64,000 nt of DNA from a virus. A program made the position numbers and the translations under genes. Positions 29,637-36,671 of the stretch are shown here, in pieces. Within the stretch, counting starts at the first letter, position 1. Each line of letters begins with the position of its first letter. Location of the stretch: positions 16,697-80,696 of the IMG/VR virus record IMGVR_UViG_3300012953_006207, one strand, 5' to 3'. The notes under the pieces were generated by a model. That model was not told the DNA's origin. It saw only the letters and a list, made by a program, of their open reading frames with translations, and did not search any database.

Positions 29637-29836
29637 TGGAACATAATCACAAACAAGACCAACACGATAGAATAATGATTAACCGAATCAAGGACGACCT
29701 TGAGGATTGGTTGACTACTCATGGAGAAATCACAATGGGCAGCGAGATGGTTAAAGATGTTCACCGACTCATTGACGAATCGGTGCATCGCACCAAACTC
29801 ATGCGAAAGGATTGGATGAAGCCAGACAGAAGTTAA
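29636..29836 (+). CDS. Small hypothetical protein
   Basis: TAATG overlap with the upstream stop; GAGG SD. Confidence 0.6.
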   Translation: MEHNHKQDQHDRIMINRIKDDLEDWLTTHGEITMGSEMVKDVHRLIDESVHRTKLMRKDWMKPDRS

Positions 29837-29896
29837 AGTCATAGCCAAATAAATTTGCCCATTTAAATAAATATAAATAAATAATAATCCCCTTCA

Positions 29897-29962
29897 CCCC
29901 CCCAGACCCCCGTGTCATCATCCAGATGGCCAATGACGTGGGGTCCCCATTTTTGAGTCAAG
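29897..29962. repeat. GC-rich palindromic element, copy 3
   Basis: CCCCCCCAGACCCCCGTGTCAT-catccagatggcca-ATGACGTGGGGTCCCCATTTTTGAGTCAAG. Confidence 0.9.
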
Positions 29963-30114
29963 CCTAAAGTGAGGAATTTTTTTAGAAAAAGTGCCTCTGA
30001 GGCATTGACTTTTTCTAGTAATTGAATTAGATTGGTTGAAGATGAACGACGCGGAAAGAGTAGCACAGGACAAACGGATTTTAGAATGGTGGAGGCTCAC
30101 AAAGAATTTATCAA

Positions 30115-30150
30115 GTAGGACAGCGGATGTCCCACCTCCCGTGGTAGGGT
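30115..30150 (+). promoter_or_regulatory. Palindromic-box promoter (GTAGGACA-GCGGA-TGTCCCAC + TGn-TAGGGT), copy A of 5
   Basis: Same box at 32480, 32727, 33741 and 33964, each followed by an extended -10 and a leaderless ATG. Confidence 0.7.
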
Positions 30151-30156
30151 ATGCAT

Positions 30157-30291
30157 ATGAAAAAAAACAAGAAACAACCGAAGGCGCGAGTGAATCCCGA
30201 AGGCTACATGGGCAGCGCATCGCGTGAGCATAAAGTGAAGAAGGGCAAAGGCTCTTACAAGCGGAACAAAAAAATTAACCCAGAGGACTAA
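30157..30291 (+). CDS. arfA: ArfA-like (alternative ribosome rescue factor) peptide, 44 aa
   Basis: Hand-translated MKKNKKQPKARVNPEGYMGSASREHKVKKGKGSYKRNKKINPED; carries the KKGKGSY.R signature. Confidence 0.55.
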   Translation: MKKNKKQPKARVNPEGYMGSASREHKVKKGKGSYKRNKKINPED

Positions 30292-30298
30292 AAAGATT

Positions 30299-30715
30299 AT
30301 GAGTAAAACAAGTGTTCAAAAATGCGGAACCAACTGGCGCGTGATTCTCACAGGAGACGCCCAAGCAATCGAAACCAAACATTGGTCAATGTTCAATCAT
30401 GGCGCGACAAGCTCCGACCTCGAATGGGAAACGGCAAATTGCGCGTGGTTCTGGTCTACTCCTGAAAAGATTTTGAAAGCGTTTACCAACGCGCATCTTT
30501 TCTCATACTTGAATCAATTTGATTTGATAGGAGACGAACCAGAAGTGGCAGGGCATGAAGCAAAAGCTCACAATGACGCAAAGCAGGAATTTTTTGCGAT
30601 GGGGAATATGCCTAGCTTCAAGCCGTTTCGCTCTGTTTCAATCCTGAATTTGGATTGCTTCGCGATGGGTACGGGTTCGGCTCGTGCTGAAAAAATGGCA
30701 GTAGAAACCAAGTAA
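30299..30715 (+). CDS. Hypothetical protein
   Basis: 138-aa ORF, GAGG SD. Confidence 0.7.
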   Translation: MSKTSVQKCGTNWRVILTGDAQAIETKHWSMFNHGATSSDLEWETANCAWFWSTPEKILKAFTNAHLFSYLNQFDLIGDEPEVAGHEAKAHNDAKQEFFAMGNMPSFKPFRSVSILNLDCFAMGTGSARAEKMAVETK

Positions 30716-30734
30716 AGAAAAAGGTTTATTTGAT

Positions 30735-31487
30735 ATGAAAATTCTCTCTATCGATGCAGACGCAAAAACCGTTAAAGGTCTCAAGAAAGGCTATCGCACT
30801 GCGATTAGCTACCTTGCGCCCAGTAACGCCAGCGGTGTAATGAATACTTGCCCAAGTGCAAGCAAAGGGTGTCGGGCTGCTTGTCTTTACGGGGCAGGTC
30901 GTGCCAAGTTCACGCCATCAATTCCAAAGGCGCGAATCAACAAAACAAAGTTTTTTCATTCCGACCCTGTAGGCTACGGCCAGCAGCTTTACAAGGAATT
31001 AAAAGCTCACCAGAAAAGCTCTGCGCGTAAAGGCTTAACACCTACCGTGCGCCTCAACGGAACAAGCGATATTGCTTGGGAGGATTTCATTCTAGAGGAA
31101 ACGGGGAAAAACGTTTTTGAATCTTTCCCCGATTTACAATTTTATGACTATACCAAGCGGACAAACCGCGTTGCGGATTATGCAGACGGCAAGCTTCCGA
31201 AAAATTACCACCTCACGTTTTCAAAGAGTGAAAACACCAGCGACGAACAAGTTGCAAAGATTCTGGGTTGGGGTGTCAACGTTGCGGTAGTCTACGCAAA
31301 CGAATTGCCCGAAGCTGACTTTGACGGTTGGCAGGTTATCAATGGCGACGAAAACGATTTACGCTTCCTCGACCCCATCGGCGTTGTTGTTGGTCTAAAG
31401 TATAAAAAGACTTCAGCAACTGAGGAGGACAAAAACGGATTTGTTCGCGAGTTGAAATTTGCAAACGCAGTTCTTGAGACTGCATAA
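30735..31487 (+). CDS. GP88-like phage protein (C-x6-C-x3-C, radical-SAM-like)
   Basis: YLAP...NTCP.AS.GC...CL..AG, RLNGTSDI.WE, FYDYTK, NYHLTFS.SE, NVAVV and GD..DLRFLDP motifs. Confidence 0.75.
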   Translation: MKILSIDADAKTVKGLKKGYRTAISYLAPSNASGVMNTCPSASKGCRAACLYGAGRAKFTPSIPKARINKTKFFHSDPVGYGQQLYKELKAHQKSSARKGLTPTVRLNGTSDIAWEDFILEETGKNVFESFPDLQFYDYTKRTNRVADYADGKLPKNYHLTFSKSENTSDEQVAKILGWGVNVAVVYANELPEADFDGWQVINGDENDLRFLDPIGVVVGLKYKKTSATEEDKNGFVRELKFANAVLETA

Positions 31488-31608
31488 CAAAAAACCGAAA
31501 GGAAAAAAAATGCTATGGATAACGTTATCTATCATATCAGCCGTAGTACTTTGTAAATTGGTATCAAAATAAAAAAATAAAATAATAGCTCCCCCTTGAC
31601 AGGGGGGG

Positions 31609-31681
31609 CAAATTGGGGACCCCATGTCATTAGCCGAACACGGCCAATGACGCGGGGGTGTGGGGGGGTACAGAACTTGCT
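31609..31681. repeat. GC-rich palindromic element, copy 4, with sigma54-like site
   Basis: CAAATTGGGGACCCCATGTCAT-tagccgaacacggcca-ATGACGCGGGGGTGTGGGGGGG-TACAGAACTTGC. Confidence 0.9.
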
Positions 31682-31759
31682 TCGGAACCATTTAAAAAAA
31701 AGAAAAAAAATGACCGTTAGGGGGTTGACTTATTCCAAGAAAGAGAGTAGATTAAGAGA

Positions 31760-32146
31760 GTGGACAGGGGTAAGACCCAGTACGAGCCCAAGGGCAGGAT
31801 TACAAAATCTAGGCAGACAGTATGCGACGAGGGCAAGAAGCTGTAAGACCCTCGGCCTGAAACTGCCGTTTAAATTTCTCGCAACAACGCGAGGAAGCAT
31901 AGGTGAAGAACATTAAACGTCCGTGAGAGGCAACGGCCTATGCAACAATTTACTGGGAGGCAGAATACAGTCTAGGCAAGCCTAACGTAGCGAACGGGGT
32001 ACGCGCCCTGTTAGGGACGAGGAAGCACCAGTAGACGTTTTCGCAATAACGCGGGAATGAAACTAACTAGAAAGGTAACATAGTGCAGGAGGTTGGCCAG
32101 AGAAGGCGGTTACCGCTGGGCCGTAAAGCACTTGAAAAATGCCTCT
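31760..32146 (+). ncRNA. Candidate large structured non-coding RNA (~390 nt)
   Basis: Starts at +1 of the family promoter (TTGACT 31725, TAGATT 31748), has no credible long ORF, and contains more than 10 nested helices. Confidence 0.65.
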
Positions 32147-32159
32147 TAATTTTTGATAA

Positions 32160-32366
32160 ATGAAAAACTACAAAACATACCAAGCCCGTAACGCTGTCAA
32201 AGCAGCGCAAGTCACCAACCACATCAAATCCCGCAAGGCTCAAGGCGTTGAACACAACGAAGCTAAAGCTGAAGCGTATTATATATATAATATAAAACAG
32301 GGTAAGAAAATTATTCTAAACACCCTAAACTACGCAACGCCTACCAAATCTCTGGTATGTAAATAA
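32160..32366 (+). CDS. Small basic hypothetical protein
   Basis: 68-aa ORF directly after the candidate ncRNA. Confidence 0.55.
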   Translation: MKNYKTYQARNAVKAAQVTNHIKSRKAQGVEHNEAKAEAYYIYNIKQGKKIILNTLNYATPTKSLVCK

Positions 32367-32393
32367 ATAATAAAAATAACAAGTCTGGGTTCA

Positions 32394-32454
32394 CCCCCAG
32401 ACCCCCGTGTCATTGTCCTTGGCCCATGACGTGGGGTCCCCAAAAACGGTCAAG
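32394..32454. repeat. GC-rich palindromic element, copy 5
   Basis: CCCCCAGACCCCCGTGTCAT-tgtccttggccc-ATGACGTGGGGTCCCCAAAAACGGTCAAG. Confidence 0.9.
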
Positions 32455-32522
32455 CTTTATTTTTTTTATTTATTTAAATGGTGGGACAGCCAATGTCCTA
32501 CCCCCCATGGTAATCTATACGC

Positions 32523-32729
32523 ATGAAGTTTGAGACAGGAACACAAGTACAGCACCGCGACAACCCCATGTGGAAGGCCGTTGTGGTGCGCGACCTCAAC
32601 CCCCGCAAGCCAGTGAATAGCTGTGTGATGGTGAATCACAACGGGCGGGAAGTGCCAATGGGCAAGAGTCTTTTGCGGGTATCCTTCCACGCAGACGCCA
32701 AAAAAGAATTTGGCGAAGTTGTAAGCTAG
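32523..32729 (+). CDS. Small SH3-like protein (paralog of 37306-37503)
   Basis: V.H...VV.DLNP..PV motif shared; palindromic-box promoter at 32480-32516. Confidence 0.65.
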   Translation: MKFETGTQVQHRDNPMWKAVVVRDLNPRKPVNSCVMVNHNGREVPMGKSLLRVSFHADAKKEFGEVVS

Positions 32730-32766
32730 GACAGCGGATGTCCTACCTCCTATGCTAGATTTAGAT

Positions 32767-32967
32767 ATGAATATGAAGCAAGTAAAGATAGTGATAAACG
32801 AAAATGATACACTTTGCCGTATCAGCATCAACGGATTCGCAAGCGAACACAAATGCGAGGTGCATGAGTCCGACCACGAAGGTAAAGACGCCACCACAAT
32901 CAACATCGACGGCGTGGGAGATTTTATTTCTTACAACGATTGCAAAAGCTGGGAAGTGATGGACTAA
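32767..32967 (+). CDS. Small hypothetical protein
   Basis: Palindromic-box promoter at 32727-32761 implies a start at 32767. Confidence 0.6.
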   Translation: MNMKQVKIVINENDTLCRISINGFASEHKCEVHESDHEGKDATTINIDGVGDFISYNDCKSWEVMD

Positions 32968-32971
32968 AATT

Positions 32972-33163
32972 ATGAGTATGAGTAACAACAAAAAGACGGA
33001 GCTAGAAGCTCGAAAAGTATACGCACACGGCGTGAACAAAGACACACACTTCAACACCCCACAAGGGCCGAAGCCATATCCAAAAGTCAATTACGACAAG
33101 ATGTGGAACGTTGAAGGTTATTATAGCGACGATAACGGAAACGACATCAGAGACAGAGACTAG
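32972..33163 (+). CDS. Small hypothetical protein
   Basis: Co-oriented, coupled ORF. Confidence 0.55.
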   Translation: MSMSNNKKTELEARKVYAHGVNKDTHFNTPQGPKPYPKVNYDKMWNVEGYYSDDNGNDIRDRD

Positions 33164-33172
33164 GAAACGATT

Positions 33173-33475
33173 ATGGAAAAAAAGAATTACATTATCAATC
33201 TACACGCAGTAGGTGAGAAGAAGATTACCAGCGGTTACGCTGGCCCCCGTGAAGTATGCGGTCACTTTAGCACACCCGCAAAGGTTGGCACTATCGCCTT
33301 TGAAGAGGCTAAGATGAATGCAGTAGACTACTACTGGAATCAAAACAAGCGTTACTGGCACGGCTACCGCATTGGCAAGTTAGAAGTAGAAGTTGGGCGC
33401 GAGTCTGTCAGCGTAATGACTCCCGCTTGGGACTATCACAAGGGACGCACGTTCCCCGTATGGGAGGAGGTATAG
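33173..33475 (+). CDS. Hypothetical protein
   Basis: 100-aa ORF, AGGA SD. Confidence 0.65.
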   Translation: MEKKNYIINLHAVGEKKITSGYAGPREVCGHFSTPAKVGTIAFEEAKMNAVDYYWNQNKRYWHGYRIGKLEVEVGRESVSVMTPAWDYHKGRTFPVWEEV

Positions 33476-33649
33476 AATCAAAAGCAGAAGATACAACGCA
33501 GACAAAGAAACGAGTAAACAGTTTTACGCTAGAAGAAAAAAGGAGATGGAAGATTATTTTAATCACCCTTATTATAAAACTTACTCTGAAAAAATTTGGG
33601 CCGAATATAAAAAAGCTAACAAATAGTATTGTCTTTGTCGAAAAAGTTA

Positions 33650-33714
33650 AAATTGGGGACCCCATGTCATCGTCCATTGTGGCCAATGACACGGGGACCC
33701 CATTTTGCGTCAAG
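33650..33714. repeat. GC-rich palindromic element, copy 6 (hybrid, GGGGACCCC at both arms)
   Basis: AAATTGGGGACCCCATGTCAT-cgtccattgtggcca-ATGACACGGGGACCCCATTTTGCGTCAAG. Confidence 0.85.
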
Positions 33715-33783
33715 GAAAAAGTTTATTGATAATTCTTTTAGGTAGGACGGCGGATGTCCTACCCCCTATGGTAGATTAGACAC

Positions 33784-33951
33784 ATGATGATGAACGACAA
33801 CAACAAGATGAACAAAGAACAATTCAAAAACGAAGTGCTGGCCCTAGTGTCAGAGGATGCGTTGCCAATGGTGGACGCACTAACTGACCAAGGATTTGCC
33901 GAAGGCTGGACACCAGCCGAAGTAGCTGGACAATGCGAAGCTGATGCATAA
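33784..33951 (+). CDS. Small hypothetical protein (MMMNDNN...)
   Basis: Hand-translated; leaderless start after the palindromic-box promoter at 33741-33777. Confidence 0.6.
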   Translation: MMMNDNNKMNKEQFKNEVLALVSEDALPMVDALTDQGFAEGWTPAEVAGQCEADA

Positions 33952-34006
33952 AAGAAATTAAAGGGTAGGACGGCGGATGTCCGACCCCCTGTGTTATATT
34001 TACTAC

Positions 34007-34150
34007 ATGATTATGAGCATATACGAAGTTCAAACCCACGACGGAGACGCTACCCTTGGATGGATACAAGGACATGATGACGACCACGCCCAGCGCGTAG
34101 CCGAGAGGCTTTACTGCAAAGGCGTACTGGTTGTTCTTTGCGATGACTAA
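34007..34150 (+). CDS. Small hypothetical protein
   Basis: Hand-translated; leaderless start after the palindromic-box promoter at 33964-34000. Confidence 0.6.
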   Translation: MIMSIYEVQTHDGDATLGWIQGHDDDHAQRVAERLYCKGVLVVLCDD

Positions 34151-34203
34151 AAAACTATGGGCCAGCGTGATGGCCTTGGAGATCACGCCCTTATTAAATC
34201 ATT

Positions 34204-34401
34204 ATGATTGAACTCGGAATGCAAGTGGAGGATATGCGCGGTTACCTTGGTGTGGTCGCTGCCTCCCCACGCGGTGGCAAGTGGTTCATCCTCAAAAAGG
34301 ATGGACGCATGGTTCGCCGTGCTGACCATGAGATTCGTGAATACGACGAGTCTTATTGCCCAGCCTTCGAAAAGTGGCTGGAGAAGCGTTCGCTTCGTTA
34401 G
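34204..34401 (+). CDS. Small hypothetical protein
   Basis: 65-aa ORF followed by a CCCCC-TAGT-GGGGG hairpin. Confidence 0.6.
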   Translation: MIELGMQVEDMRGYLGVVAASPRGGKWFILKKDGRMVRRADHEIREYDESYCPAFEKWLEKRSLR

Positions 34402-34459
34402 TATCAACCCCCCCTAGTGGGGGGCTTTAATTTATTTTTATTTATATATTTATATCGTT

Positions 34460-34852
34460 ATGGAAAAAGTACAAGTTTATCGCAACCTGCATCGGACAGA
34501 AGAAGACGGAACGCACGTTTATAGCGTTCGCAATGACAAGGGCATTGTCGTAGACCACGTTGCAGAAATTACATTGAGTCGTCCTATCTTGAGAGTCGGC
34601 CCCAAAGGTAATCAGCGAGTGCGTGATGAGAAACGTAAAAACGTTCATGCTTATATCCAAGGCATGAAGATGAAAGAGTCAGTGATTGATGACCCCCGCT
34701 CAGGCGAAAAAAAGTGCGAGTGGCAAAAGATTACTTATAACCCTTATAAACATAAGAGTTTTGTTTTAGTAAAGGACGAGTCCGTTGCAGTGCGTGAAGC
34801 GTGGTTTGTTGAGATTCGTCGAGATGGTGTTTGGGCGTGGCTCCCGGAGTAA
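34460..34852 (+). CDS. Conserved phage protein (VYRNLH...KRKNVHAY...TYNPYK)
   Basis: Motif pattern recalled from many tailed phages; function unknown. Confidence 0.75.
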   Translation: MEKVQVYRNLHRTEEDGTHVYSVRNDKGIVVDHVAEITLSRPILRVGPKGNQRVRDEKRKNVHAYIQGMKMKESVIDDPRSGEKKCEWQKITYNPYKHKSFVLVKDESVAVREAWFVEIRRDGVWAWLPE

Positions 34853-34906
34853 GAACCCCAGTTCCCTGAACGCTAATAAATACCAAACAATTAATATCAA
34901 TATTGA

Positions 34907-34973
34907 AAATTGGGGACCCCATGTCATTAGCCTTGGCCAATGACGCGGGGGTCTGGGGGGGTACGATTCTTGC
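34907..34973. repeat. GC-rich palindromic element, copy 7, with sigma54-like site
   Basis: AAATTGGGGACCCCATGTCAT-tagccttggcca-ATGACGCGGGGGTCTGGGGGGG-TACGATTCTTGC. Confidence 0.9.
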
Positions 34974-35056
34974 TAAGTCCATGCCCAGTAAAGTTGTGAA
35001 TAACTTTCGAGGAACTCCCCTTGACTTATTCCAGTAATTAAGGTAGGTTTATCTCG

Positions 35057-35308
35057 ATGATTAAAACGACTACAGTCAAAGTAACCGCCAGACCCAACGC
35101 CAAGGCCCGCACCAAAAACCGCCTTCGGGATCATGGTCCCATGTTCAAGGACGTGACCGAATTAAACACTGGCCACAGTGTGCGCCACGATGAAAAACTT
35201 GGCGACTGTGTGCTGCTGCGTTCTTTGAAGAAGCCACAGCTAGGCTGGGCGCAGCCTTGGAATGGCTGGTTGTCTCTTGATGAAATTGTTGTGAATAAGT
35301 TTGAGTAG
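35057..35308 (+). CDS. Hypothetical early protein
   Basis: Promoter TTGACT at 35021; similar in pattern to the 27912 ORF (A..RTK.....HGP.F). Confidence 0.65.
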   Translation: MIKTTTVKVTARPNAKARTKNRLRDHGPMFKDVTELNTGHSVRHDEKLGDCVLLRSLKKPQLGWAQPWNGWLSLDEIVVNKFE

Positions 35309-35351
35309 AAACCCCCTTGACTTATTCCAGTAAATCCCTTATTGTATTCCC

Positions 35352-35666
35352 ATGATGAACGACGACCTACGAGACCTAATGCCCACCAGTGAAGAGTTCT
35401 ACGCCAGCATGGCCCCCGCGCCAGTTGACGAGAACGGAATGACGCCTGACGAGCGTGACGAGTACGAGTCCGAGTATAATGCTTATCTCGATTCCATTGG
35501 CACTTCCTTTGCCGAAGTGCAGGAGAAATCCCGTCAGTTCGCTGACGACCTTGAGAACGCTTACAAGTGCGACGACGACGAAGACGACCATGACAGCATG
35601 AATGACGGCCACGGAACGCTGGCGGATGATGCATGGCACGATGCCAACGAATACCCTGAGTGGTAG
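35352..35666 (+). CDS. Highly acidic small protein (DNA-mimic candidate)
   Basis: About 32 Asp/Glu against 5 Lys/Arg in 104 aa; leaderless from the promoter at 35317-35345. Confidence 0.7.
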   Translation: MMNDDLRDLMPTSEEFYASMAPAPVDENGMTPDERDEYESEYNAYLDSIGTSFAEVQEKSRQFADDLENAYKCDDDEDDHDSMNDGHGTLADDAWHDANEYPEW

Positions 35667-35672
35667 GGCCAG

Positions 35673-35750
35673 AGCAACGCCCGTGCCAACATGGGCCATT
35701 GTGAATAACTTGGCCAATGACGCGGGGGTCTGGGGGGGCATGATTCCTGC
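35673..35750. repeat. Half-element copy 8 with divergent sigma54-like sites and a DnaA box
   Basis: AGCAACGCCCGTGCCA..GGCCATTGTGAATAACTTGGCCAATGACGCGGGGGTCTGGGGGGG-CATGATTCCTGC. Confidence 0.85.
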
Positions 35751-35863
35751 TGTGGTTCCTGAGAATTTTTTTTAGAAAAAGTGCCTTTGGGGGGTTGACT
35801 TTTTCCAACAATTGAACGATATTTAAGAAGTCAGCAGGACAACAAACAGAAAGAGAAAACAAG

Positions 35864-35983
35864 ATGAGCATACAGAGAGAAGACATCGAATGGGATTCAG
35901 CGCAAGCCGAATCAGAGTACGACATCAGCGAAGAGAAAATGGCCAAGTTGGAAAACATGGCGTGGGACAACGACAACGACTAG
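35864..35983 (+). CDS. Small acidic peptide
   Basis: Hand-translated MSIQREDIEWDSAQAESEYDISEEKMAKLENMAWDNDND. Confidence 0.5.
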   Translation: MSIQREDIEWDSAQAESEYDISEEKMAKLENMAWDNDND

Positions 35984-35997
35984 ACGAAAGGAATCAG

Positions 35998-36363
35998 ATG
36001 AACGATAACAAGTTGTATAACAAGCGGGCCTTCGGACTTCCGAAGATGGAACTCCCCAACGGAACTATGAGCCTGACCTACTCCGGTCACGCTCGGACTG
36101 CTGCTGCACGTCCCGAACGTTTCGGGTACGCCGAGAACATCGACCTGCCTCGCGCAATCAACCTGAACGATTGCGAAGTGGTCGAAGCTGAAATGGCAAA
36201 GGGTAACCCTGTACCGGAAAAGATTGTTGTGCGTTACCCGTACAGCGACAACATGGACTTGGTTATGCCTATGTATATGGACGGATTCGTTAAGACCGTA
36301 TGGCTTAATGACCGTTACGACCAGCACCGCACCCTCGACAAGCGTCGCTATGCACGGCCTTAA
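35998..36363 (+). CDS. Conserved phage protein (HA...R...VKTVWLN...D.H.TLD...Y; DUF4258-like)
   Basis: AAGGA SD before MNDNKL; motif pattern. Confidence 0.65.
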   Translation: MNDNKLYNKRAFGLPKMELPNGTMSLTYSGHARTAAARPERFGYAENIDLPRAINLNDCEVVEAEMAKGNPVPEKIVVRYPYSDNMDLVMPMYMDGFVKTVWLNDRYDQHRTLDKRRYARP

Positions 36364-36596
36364 CGACAAGCAACAGTTCGGAGAATGGCTCGACAAGTTT
36401 GACGGGCCTCTCCGTTCTCTTTATGAAGACTATAAAGAAAAGAACTATAAACCGTTGTCATACTTTGCGTGGTGCTTGGGCGTGTACCAAGAAACCAAGT
36501 ATGCCGACACGTTGAGGAATAATTGATATGGAATTGATTGTATTTATTACAAGCTCAAGCATAGTCGCCTTCTGGTACGCCGAGGCGTTCCACTAA

Positions 36597-36671
36597 AGCA
36601 AGGCCCGTGCCAGCACAGGCCATTGTGAATAACTTGGCCAATGACGCGGGGGTCCCCCAATTTGCGTCAAG
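36597..36671. repeat. Half-element copy 9 with a sigma54-like site and a DnaA box
   Basis: AGCAAGGCCCGTGCCA..GGCCATTGTGAATAACTTGGCCAATGACGCGGGGGTCCCCCAATTTGCGTCAAG. Confidence 0.85.

Noticed and set aside
31812-31975. Group I intron (GAATACAGTCTA resembles the S element)
   Set aside because: No convincing P/Q/R elements in order and no interrupted gene; the RNA starts at its own promoter
24653-36671. Palindromic elements as a CRISPR array
   Set aside because: Copies are 0.8-3.8 kb apart, in both orientations and separated by whole genes; no cas genes are present
24653-36671. Palindromic elements as integron attC sites or IS200/IS605 ends
   Set aside because: No RYYYAAC/GTTRRRY core, and no integrase, TnpA, TnpB or RAYT gene in the window; kept only as a functional analogy
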